Made by a program: the position numbers and the translations under genes. A DNA stretch of 63,637 bases, the filler included, from Reticulomyxa filosa (Eukaryota; Protista; Foraminifera): assembly GCA_000512085.1 (NCBI GenBank). It is 22 parts of 22 records of this genome, joined end to end, with 100 filler letters (N's around TTAATTAATTAA, not from the genome) between each part and the next. Parts side by side here need not be neighbours in the genome. Positions count along the whole stretch, not along the records: positions 9,639 to 16,147 come from ASPP01004249.1; positions 16,248 to 17,250 come from ASPP01027148.1; positions 17,351 to 21,624 come from ASPP01001493.1; positions 21,725 to 23,953 come from ASPP01023491.1; 18 more parts are not named here. The stretch is one strand, 5' to 3'. The notes below the pieces were generated by a model, which saw only the letters and a program-made list of their open reading frames with translations, was not told the DNA's origin and ran no database searches. Below are positions 11,209-21,801 of the stretch, in pieces (the first letter of the stretch is position 1; the number at the start of each line of letters is the position of its first letter).

Positions 11209-13206
11209 ATGGCTATGGAATTGGTTCCTGACAAGTCGGACGGGGATAAAATTCCGTCCGGACAAACGACATCTGGAGGAGAGGTGATAACTCGAGCGGA
11301 TAGCGCAGCGCTTGCAATAGGGATAAAGAAAGTAAAGTCGGGAAAATTAAGAACAGCGTCGTCAGCTGATGAACAGCTAGCTAACAAAAAGAACTATTTC
11401 GACTGGAGAAACGATCTTGTGTCTGTGAAGAAATTGGTATTAGGCAATTATGTGAACCTGTTGTTGCTTGTGGTTCCTTTTGGTTTTATCGGTCATTATC
11501 TTGACTGGAGCCCAACGCTGGTGTTCTTCCTCAATTTCTTTGCTATGATGCCCCTAGCGAGTATCCTGGGTGATTCTACGTTAAGCAAAAATTCGAACAT
11601 TCTTTTTTTTTTTGTGGCCTCCCCCACAAATCTTTTGTGTTTTTCATCATTCAAAAAATGTTGGTTGGATGTGTGTGATTTTTTTTTGTGTTCAAACAGA
11701 GAATGCTTGGCTGAGCATGTATGTGTTTCTGTAATCTTTTTTTTTTTTAGAGGTCAAAAATTTACAAAAAAAAACCAATAATAACGTATACAACAAAATT
11801 AGCTTGGTGAGACAATCGGAGGATTATTAAATGCGACCTTTGGCAATGCTGTCGAGGTATTGCGACTGTCTTTTTTATTTCATGCATTAAAAAGGGGGGC
11901 TAAAAAAAAAAGGGATATTAGCGTACAAACAAAAAAATAATGTGGCTTAATTTTTAAAAAAACACACAGATAGTTGTCATGATATTAGCGTTGGTAAAAG
12001 CAAAAAGTTTTGATGATCCTGACCAACGTAAGACTTTGATAAATGTGGTCCAATTTTCGTTAATTGGTAGTATTTTCAGCAACTCATTGCTCGTGTTGGG
12101 ATGTGCATTCCTGGCTCCTGGGTTTAAAAAAGATTCCCATTTCAATGTGCAGGCGACAAGTGCCAATGTATCTTTGCTAATGTTAGCCTCCTTCGTTATG
12201 ATTTTGCCGGCACCTTATGAGGGTAAGTCGCTAATTTGTTTGTCAACTTTATTTGGAACTTTTTTTTTTCCCCCCACCCCAATGCTTTGTTTTTGTTTAA
12301 ACAAAAAAAAAGGATCAAGTGAACTTGCGGTATCTCGTGCTGCTGCTATATTGTTGTTGATTATGTATTCATGCCTATTGGTATTTGTCCTGTTCACTCA
12401 TAAGGACATAGGCGAAAACAAAGAATTGGTTGGGGCGATGATACTGCATGAAATCCATTCGGATGGACAACAAGGGGACGAACACGAACACGATCATGAA
12501 CACGATCATGATCATGATCACAATCATGACCACGAGCATGAGAACGAACACCAGCACTCCAAAGAAAAAGATGAAGAAGTGGGACATGCGGAGGAAGATG
12601 ATGACGAATTGAAAATGTCAATGTTTGGAAGTATGGCTTTGTTGCTTTCGACCACTATTCTAGTTGCAGTGCTGTCCGAGTTTTTGGTTGCGGCAATTGA
12701 ACCTATGTCCTCCAATGCTGGAATTAAAGAAGCTTTTGTCGGCATGATTTTGCTACCTATCATCGGTAATTGTTTTTTCCGTGTATTTGTATTGTATGTT
12801 AATATTGTAGTTTCGTTTGGAGGTTTTTTTTTTGTTCGGGGAGAAAGAAATACACATTAATATATGATCACACCTATAAATCCCATCGTGTATAGGTAAT
12901 GCAGTAGAGCACATTACCGCCATTCGAATGGCGCGAAAAGGGAAAATGGATATTGCATTGTCTATTGCTATTGGTAGTGCCACTCAGGTTGCCATGTTTG
13001 TGGTTGCGTTGGCGGTCATTGTTGGCTGGATCTTGGATATCCCCATGACGCTAGACTTTCCACAATTTGAAGTTCAGATGTTCATCTACACTTCCATTAT
13101 TATATTTGCCTTGATTAGTGATGGTTCCTCCAATTGGTTAGAAGGTGCAATGTTATTGTGCCTTTACGTGATGATTGCAATTGCCGTCTGGCACCAAGAA
13201 ATCTAA
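11209..13206 (+). CDS. CAX: Ca2+/H+ exchanger, CAX family (exons 11209-11579, 11700-11718, 11803-11856, 11970-12222, 12313-12765, 12896-13206)
   Basis: After splicing GT-AG introns it shows both alpha-repeat motifs (LNATFGNAVE and PIIGNAVEH), plus GSIFSNSLLVLG, AIGSATQVAMFV and SNWLEG. Confidence 0.93.
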
Positions 13207-13649
13207 TTTTTTTTCTTCTGCGACAAACGCAATTATTTTGTGTGTGTATGCGGTAATGTATCATAGCTCGTCATTTCTCTATTTTTGTTTACATAAGGCG
13301 TAATTCAATACTTGTCCTTTTTTGTTCACACCAATGAATAAATTGTTAAACAAACTACGTTTTGTTTGCTTCGCGCAAAATTATGTTTTCAATCACTGTG
13401 ATTTAAGTTCAAATATCCTTGGAGAACGTTTATGCGAAATATAGCATATTCTTCTCATTTCAAAAATTTCGATGGATAAGAAATTTTCGGTTCATTCCTG
13501 GATTCGATTTTTATTGAAGAAATGATTTTTTCAGACAAAACTTCTCCACAAGCCCGAAGTTGTCTTTCTTGATTAAAAAATTCTTAATGTAAAAGAATTG
13601 AGACTTTGACCGTTCAATAGAAACACAAAATTTCAGTCAAAGAAAGAAC

Positions 13650-13926
13650 TGTGGGAGTATGCTGCCGATGAAATATTACACTAAATGTAATACAAATCTT
13701 TTACAATGTAATACGAAAGGTTAATTAGCTCTTTTGAGCAAGTATCAACGAAAAAGATTAAATAAAGAAAAGGAAAACAAATATGTGGAATGAGTACACC
13801 GAAACACCAGATTAAAACGAGAAAAGAAAAAACACTGGTGAGTGAAAAGTGTTAGGAAAAGTTTAACCCACCGGGAGCTCATCAGCCCCTTTAACGATTC
13901 TATCTATAGTAGGAACTTCTCCTACA
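13650..13926 (-). mobile_element. 277-bp solo-LTR/MITE-like element, copy A, with 4-bp TSD GAAC
   Basis: Ends TGTAGGAG...CTCCCACA (7/8 inverted repeat); GAAC at 13646-13649 and 13927-13930; homologous to 16331-16543 and 56510-56660. Confidence 0.8.
13853..13924 (-). ncRNA. Type III hammerhead-ribozyme-like fold with G12 substituted; probably an inactive copy
   Basis: Minus strand reads UAGGAGAAGU-U-(CCU...GGG)-CUGAUGA-GCUC(CCGGU)GGGU-UAA-ACUUUUCCUA: exact CUGAUGA core, 4-bp stem II and a 10-bp stem III in the correct register. Confidence 0.55.
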
Positions 13927-14230
13927 GAACACAAAAAAGAAATTAAATAGCACCCCCAAACCCATCAAAAAAACAAAAAAAGAGAAAATAAAAGAACTGA
14001 CGACAGACTTTTTGAACCGCAAAGAAAAAATACTTTTCATTCCCTCCCTTGGCCATGTAAACAAATAATTTTGTCATAATAGGGGAGAGAGAAACAAAAA
14101 AAAGGAAAAAAAGACTTCCAATTGTCTTTTCATCATTGGAAATGTTTCTTTTTTTATATGAAAATTGAAACTTTTATCATATTTTTTGGCTCTCTTCTCC
14201 CGTTTCCTCGTGTAGCTCTGGCCTTTGTAT

Positions 14231-15820
14231 TTATCTGATCCTCAAGCTGAGAGAATTGGACTGTCGCTTTGTTAATTCTTTCGTGCATTTTTGAACCGTT
14301 TTGGGCTTTTCAAACACTTTCCAAAAACGGAGAGTTTCATCTCCCGCCCCTGAACAAACCATCGTTCCGTCTGGAGACAACGTCTACAACATACAACAGA
14401 GGAAGAGGGAAAAAATAGAAAAAAAAAAATTAACTGAATACCTTTTCGCAGATAAAAGAGAGAGAGGAATAAATGAGTAAATAAAAACAAAACAGTGTGC
14501 AAGACTCGAGAAGTATGTCCAGTGAGATCATGAGTTTTAACGAGAGAAGGATATCTCCAAATGGACAATTGATATTTCCTAAATCCATGTGACGACAGTA
14601 TCTCCTTATCAAAAGGGTTCCACACCAAACTACACACTTGTGACTGTGTGTTCACTTCATTTACACAATTGCCAGAAATGACATCATAAAATCGAATGTG
14701 CGTATCGCCTGTCCCTCCTCCAGTCGCTAATAAATATTTTTGCCAGGGACACCAAGCCAAAGCCTTTACTGCCGCTCTCGACTCACGTAAAATGTGTTTT
14801 GGAGTGCTCTCCTGGCTGCTCTGTAAATCAAGCGCATGCACGTTATATGTGTATACGTATATATATATATATGTATACATATGTGTATATGTATGCGCAT
14901 ATGAGTATGCATGATATGTCCCCATTTGTGACATTCAAATAAAATAATAATAATAAAAATACCAATTGATTGTGTTCCCACACGCAAACAACATTGTCAT
15001 TTCCGCCAGAGGCTAAGTATGAACCATTTGTGTTGCTGTCCCACTGCAACCCACAAATTTCTTGTTCGTGTCCTTTGAATGTCGAAACCAACGAGTCTCG
15101 GCTTCGAACGTCATGATTCATAACCGTGGAGTCGCAGCTACCTGTTGACAGGATGTAGTTGTTCCACGCCAAACTGCCCACCCTCGCCGAATGGCCGCGA
15201 ATTCGACGCAGCACTTTCTTATTCTTGATATCCCACAACGCTACCGTCGCGTCACTCATTCCCACGCCTTTTCACAATAATGTACCCCCCCCCCACACAC
15301 ACATACACACACACCTAAAACATTCAATCGCACCTCAACTTTTTTTTTTTTTTTTTTTATAAAGCTGGTTCCCCCCTTTCGTTCTCCTTTTTTTTTTTTT
15401 TTTTTTTGTCTAACCGATGTGTGTTCCGGTATGTGTCCATTTGACAGAACACACGTAATTATCTTCGCGATCTTCAAAGAGTAGATCGATTTGGCCAGTG
15501 AGTGAGTTCCAGAGATAAACGCTGCTCCCCAGACCAACAGCCACAATGTTGCTTTCGCTCCAATCCAAAGGGTTACTGTAGTAGCAATCACGTAATTCCG
15601 GCGCGTCCAATATCCGTTCTGCCGACTGCGATACTACTCGATATTTGTTCGCACGGCTGTTCGCCGTCGTCCCGTGCCGTCCTTCATGACACTTTTCAAA
15701 CTTGCCGCATCTCCAGTATACAGTACACTTAAGTGACTTGCATATCCGTCGCTCGGCTGAGGAGCTTTGTCTTGATATGTTAATATCTTCATCAAATGTT
15801 TTGAGCCGTGTCGTTTTACA
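14231..15820 (-). CDS. CDC20: APC/C activator CDC20/Fizzy (WD40), 5' partial
   Basis: KILTY (KILR-like motif), [59 protein letters not shown] and a C-terminal IR tail (...SLRIR*). Confidence 0.92.
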
Positions 15821-16330
15821 GTTAACAAAAAAAAAAACAAACCACACATTAATTTTTTTTTGTAACTAGTATTATCACTTTTACTTTATTTAATTTTATT
15901 TTTTGATTGTCAAATTACGGGTTTTATTTATTTGTTTTCTCTTTCCCTCCCCCCCCCCTCCCCTTTCGAGTAACAACAATTGTTTTTTAAAAAAAATCCC
16001 CGTCAGCAAAAAAAAAAAAAATCTTTCACCCCATTCTTCAATCAAGTCCGTTTTTTTGTTTTTTTTTTAAAAATAAAAAAAATTACCTTAAGTAAAAAGA
16101 CTAATGTCAACATATTTAATTCTACTCAATAAAAAAAATAAATAAATNNNNNNNNNNNNNNNNNNNNNNNNNNNNNNNNNNNNNNNNNNNNTTAATTAAT
16201 TAANNNNNNNNNNNNNNNNNNNNNNNNNNNNNNNNNNNNNNNNNNNNAATATATTAATATTATAGACTGTGGCAAAATATTTTATTTTTTTCGAATTGAA
16301 TATATATACATTGATTTTGAAACATAAAGG

Positions 16331-16543
16331 TATAGGGCAAGGCCCTATAAATATCTTAACATTGAAGGAACCTGGGAGTCCCCAGTGGTCTAAAACTCCT
16401 CAACCAACTTCACTTACTCTTTTGTGTTGTGTCATTTATCTTTCTTTTATTTAATTCACTTTTGTTTTACCGAATATTGGGTTCTTGAGTAAAACCCTTT
16501 TCGTATTACATTTAGTATAACATCTTCCAGCTGACGTCCCACA
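16331..16543 (+). mobile_element. 213-bp solo-LTR/MITE-like element, copy B, with 4-bp TSD AAGG
   Basis: Ends TATAGGGC...GTCCCACA; AAGG at 16327-16330 and 16544-16547; shares the TTTCGTATTACATTTAGT core and 5' blocks with copy A. Confidence 0.78.
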
Positions 16544-18534
16544 AAGGATAATTTGATCCATCAAAAAAATATCATATCTAAATAATTGTTCAATTCATAA
16601 TCATGTGTTATAATCAAATAACAACAACATTTCATAATTTTGTGTATGTCTTTCTTAATTTATTTTTATTATTTCTAAATTTTATACATTATCAATTGGT
16701 AAAGAAAGTGTAAAAGAAAAAAATTGAAAAATCAAGTGGATGAAGCAATTTTAAATTATACAAAAAATGTATTGAACAATATAACAATCAATCAAATACA
16801 AACTTTTAATAACAAAGTATTAAAAGAATGTAATAAATTACATAAATTGATGAAAAAAGACTAGAATTCACAAAATATTGAAATTTTCATTAGAAATACT
16901 TTTGAAAATAAATTAATACAATAAAATCATTAAAGAAAAGAAAATCATTATCAAAAAAATGAATATAGTTGAAATTTGTAATAAATATCCAATTAGTACG
17001 ATTGATTCTAATAAAGTTATTTTCAAAAGAATATTTATTTCTATTATACAATTCAATTATGAATGAAATAACATATAAAATATTACAAATGATGGAAATT
17101 TACAACTTTATCCTGATTGTGTTCTAATTACTTCATTTAATAATGATATATATATTTATATTCTGGATCATCGAATAATACAATTCTATTTTTTGTAATA
17201 TCAGACCAAATAAGAAAGGAATTGTATGTGATTAATGAAATACATTTGTANNNNNNNNNNNNNNNNNNNNNNNNNNNNNNNNNNNNNNNNNNNNTTAATT
17301 AATTAANNNNNNNNNNNNNNNNNNNNNNNNNNNNNNNNNNNNNNNNNNNNTTTTTTTTAAATTTAATTTTTTATTTTTTGTGCTTAACGCACTTTTTAAC
17401 AAAATCTCATTCTAATCGATAATTTTTGTAGCATGATATCGCTCGAACAATGTTCGACGTCCAATCTCCAAAACAAAGCAGAAAAAGTTCGTTAGGGATC
17501 CTCATACATTTACAAATAAAGTCAAGAAACCCAAACTCCATCAAACGTGGTGTAAAAAAGAAACATCTACACATACTTTGCCACTATTTTGTTTACAATT
17601 ACAGTTATCAAAATTGTATTTTACAAAATGTGATTAGTGATGTTATAAGAAGACATTTGACGAATGAAATGAATGAAATGCTGCAGCACAACAATCTGAA
17701 ACGATTCCTGCGCAGCCTGATTGAAGCAAAGTCATTTGAAGAGATTTTGCTCCAAGTTGGAAGCTCATTAGCTCAGAATCATTGCTGGCAAAGTTGTACT
17801 AAATGGTTTACTGTTTAAGATCAAATGATAGTACACACCAGATTGCAAGTGATGCGAAGGAAAAGAGTAAGTGCTTAAACTTGCTTTTGTTTGCATTTTG
17901 GGGTATAATCAGTGGCTCAAAATAAGTGTATTGTGAAAGATGGAGCATTGAGTAGTCTGACACCTTCAAAGCCCTCCCAGTGCAAAAGCTAAAAAAAAAT
18001 GTACTGTATAATTTATCATTACAAATCATTCGATAAATATTGCATTTATTATTCGCTTGTAACTATTATGACTAACTTTAAATGTATCTTCTATTTATTT
18101 AATCTACACCAGATTGAAATTTTGTTTAGTAACTATTTTGTTCAAGCAATCTTTTTTTTAAATGTAAACTTTTATATTTTGTGAAATGTAGCAACAAATA
18201 TCAGTATGTTGTGAAAAAAAAATTTATTAAAAAGTAGAACCACAAAATAAGCAAAAAAAGACGACAAGATTCGAACTTGTAACAAGATCGGTGTGTAAAT
18301 AACACAGCAACCACAAACACTATTCAAAAGTTGAATAACCTTTTTGCAGGCTTTCTTCAACAAAAAAATTACAACGACCTACGCAAACGACAATCAATTG
18401 ACATAAATACAATATTGTAAAGCGCTTCGTTATAATTAATACATAAGTACATATAATCTCAGTTGTTGAGATTAGTTAAACAATCGAACCGAACAGAAGG
18501 GGAAGAAAAAATAATAAAAAAACAAACAAAAACG

Positions 18535-19375
18535 TTACTTTCGATTTGATACTTTTTGACGGATATCTTCCATCGTTTTCAGCTCATGCAATTCTTGGGC
18601 TGTGTACAGCGATACCAAAATCTGATTATTGAATGAACAATTTTTATTATCAAAGCATAATAACTCTGCATTGACTACTTCATCATCCAATGGCATTTCA
18701 ATCTCATATATACACCGCTCCGTTACATTGGATGGCCACAACAGCTCATAGTCATTTTTGTCTAATGGCTCTAATGTTTTCAGATAGTCGCACAGGCACA
18801 TTGTTTGGGATTCGCTAGAAAGCGTTTCTTGTATCATGTCTTTTTGCTCTATCAGGCAACAATGGGCAAATGAGTTTTTTATACGTATACCTCCTGATGG
18901 AGCGGAAGGGTATTCGTTCAAATTCACTGGCGTACTCTCGCTGATTTTTGTCCCTGCTGAGCTCGACAACAAAGCACTTGAACACAGTGATACATTGTCA
19001 CTTGACTCTTCAATGCAATGCAATTCTCGTGTTTCTGATCCTTGTACACCTTTGTTTTATTTTTTAAAAAAGTTTAAAATGAGACAACGAAAAGACGTAC
19101 CTCTTCATAATTCATTTATAAGAAAAGCTACATATTCTCTCTTTTCAAAGTTGAATAGTTAAAAAAAAAAAAACCATCGGAAATAATTTTTTTAAACTTA
19201 GTTCCTCGTTGCAGACGGAAAATTTCACTGAAGCCACGCTTTGACTAACCTCATCACCGTCATAACAAGTTATTACTAATTTTCCACTATTGTTGTGCGC
19301 ACATGCTGACACACAAACTAGTTTTGTTTTCGTTTCAACAAATAATAAGAAAGCAAGTTTCGCACATACCCCCAT
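18535..19375 (-). CDS. Hypothetical protein (2-3 exons)
   Basis: ORFs 19145-19375 and 18535-19023 are separated by an AT-rich intron-like segment ending in AAAG. Confidence 0.45.
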
Positions 19376-19800
19376 TTGTCAACATCTTTCTAATTTGTAG
19401 ATGATTTTCTGCTTCAATCGTGCAAACTAAAAGAAACGGGCTAGAGAAAAAGTGTCTTTAAAAAGGACCAAAAGTTTTTTTTCAAACTTCCAAACACTGA
19501 TAACAAGAATAAAAAAAATTAGTCATAAAAGTAAACTTTTGTATTGACCTTGTTTTTAAAAGTGCAAGTAACAATTTGCATTAATTGTATCACATTGTTT
19601 CATTTGCTTCGAATAAGACTGACTAATAAATGTTCTTTTTTTCAGACAAGTTTTGAATAATTAGTAAATATGTTTAAAGGATTCGAAGATCATCTTGACG
19701 CGCTTTGTTACCAACATCCCCCCCATTGAAAAAAAAACTGAAAAAAAGTGTGTGTATGAAAAATGATATAAAGTAACCAACTAACGAAAAAATAGTGCAG

Positions 19801-19913
19801 TGTGTTAGACACATGCGGTTTCTACGTATGTAAAAGCACGTACTGTCTGGGCGCTGGGTCGCGGGGGGAGGTCTGGGAGGATGGGCATGCGGTCTAACAC
19901 ATACATTTTTTTT
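19801..19913. ncRNA. GC-rich hairpin-closed ~100-nt ncRNA candidate or small inverted-repeat element
   Basis: TGTGTTAGAC-ACATGC (from 19801) pairs with GCATGC-G-GTCTAACACA (to 19901); G-rich interior; followed by a T8 run; lies in AT-rich intergenic DNA. Confidence 0.4.
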
Positions 19914-19997
19914 CCATAAAAAATATTATTGAAATTATGTTTTTGAATTGGTTACTTTTGTGATTACTTTGATTTTTTTACAGTTTGTATATATGAT

Positions 19998-20160
19998 TTT
20001 TTTATGAAGATCAAAATAACATTTGTATCAATTTTGATTTTCTCAATTGTTGCAAAAACAACACCAATAAACAAAAATGGTTTGGTTTTTTCATGAAGAT
20101 CAAATAATCTTTGTCATTTTGATTTTCTCAATTGTTGCGAAAACAACACCAAACAAAAAA
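19998..20160. repeat. ~85-bp imperfect direct duplication downstream of UBA3
   Basis: ATGAAGATCAAA...TTTTGATTTTCTCAATTGTTGC.AAAACAACACCAA occurs twice. Confidence 0.85.
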
Positions 20161-20186
20161 AAAATAATTTTAGGTGAATTTAGTAT

Positions 20187-21481
20187 TTATTCCTCTATTG
20201 GAGGAACGTAAATAGCACCTTCTTCAAATTCAACTTTAATTTTTGCAGCACCTTTTCCTAAACAATGAGGATCGGTTACTTGAAGAACATCTCCATTCGT
20301 AAACAAGCTGGAAATTCGTTTGGGCATATTTTCTTCATATAACGCTCGTAGAGTTTTTCCGGCCATGAAAATTGTTTTTCCATTGACGGAAATGGATGGG
20401 TCTTTTAATTTTAAGGTTGCATCATTGAGAATTTTAGCGTACAATGTTGCAAAAGTAGTTTTATCTCCGTCCAATTTGTACAAAATTGGAATAGAACCAC
20501 ACACAGGGCATTGTGGATTAGGCTTGTATTCAAATGTTCGTGTATAAACTCCGTCTTGTCCCATGTACATGAAATAGTTGATTAAACCATAGGAACACCA
20601 CGTTAATGCCTTCAAGCACTCATTTACACAAGCAGCTATTAGTACGTATATTGTATTTTTTTGCATTAACAAGAAGAACATAATGAAAACATGACTACAT
20701 ATTACCTTTTTTTCAAAAAAAACAAACGACAACACAAACCTGAAACTAAGGCATTGGTAGAAGCAATGGCAGGAATGATATTTTTGACGACTTGCATTGT
20801 CAAATTGTAGGTGACTCCTTCAATATTGAACTCTTTTGCTCTTTCCATAGCACGGTTGAAAATCCATGACATGTGATCAACATCATCCTTGTCCAAAGTT
20901 ATCCCACAAGGATCCGGTTTATTTTTATCCGTTTCCATTTCATATTCAGTTACGCTCTTAAACCATTTTACTTTTTGTGAATGTGTAATGTATATTTATT
21001 TATATAATGTATATAATATAAATAATAAAAAAAAAATCCATGTTTTTCCACGAAACATCGATTCCAAAGCATTTTATGAGCATAAGCAATACAATGCTCT
21101 GGTCTTCTTGGAATACTGGCAATAGTGCAACTTTGAAATGCTTTTGGGGGGGTCATCGTTCCAACACTACATTCAAAACATGCAGTTAATCGTGGAAGAA
21201 ACATTCTAGCTTGTCCCAAGAAACCTTCAGTACCACCATCAATAAATGGAATGATTGTTTCTGGGAAAATTTGTCCATCTTCATCAAATTCCACTAAGTC
21301 AAACAACATTGCATTCAACCATCGTCGCGCTTCCACATTGTCCAATCCCGCAATCACACAATCAAATTTTTTGTAAAACGCTGGACCAAAATCTTCCAAT
21401 TTTTTGCGATGCCATTTGATTGTGCATCCAGGTACACGTTTCATTACAAACTCAGCCGCACATTTGGCTTTTGGTTGATCT
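20187..21481 (-). CDS. UBA3: NEDD8-activating enzyme E1 catalytic subunit (5' partial)
   Basis: [40 protein letters not shown] (catalytic Cys), [30 protein letters not shown]. Confidence 0.93.
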
Positions 21482-21732
21482 GGAAGTTATGTAAATGTAA
21501 TGTAAATTCAAGAGTGGGATACAAAACTTTATCTTTGCGAGCATGTCCAAATTTTTTTTAATATTATTTTTCAAAATTTAAAAAACTTGGACAAGAAATT
21601 TCGCATATTGTTTTCCCCCCCCCCNNNNNNNNNNNNNNNNNNNNNNNNNNNNNNNNNNNNNNNNNNNNTTAATTAATTAANNNNNNNNNNNNNNNNNNNN
21701 NNNNNNNNNNNNNNNNNNNNNNNNTATATATA

Positions 21733-21769
<37 letters not shown>

Positions 21770-21801
21770 TATATTGCAATATGTATACACACAAAATACA
21801 G

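Noticed and set aside
16501-16525. TATTACA-TTTAGT as an LTR end followed by a tRNA primer-binding site
   Set aside because: All three copies read TAG rather than TGG, and the TSDs place the element boundary about 30 bp further on.
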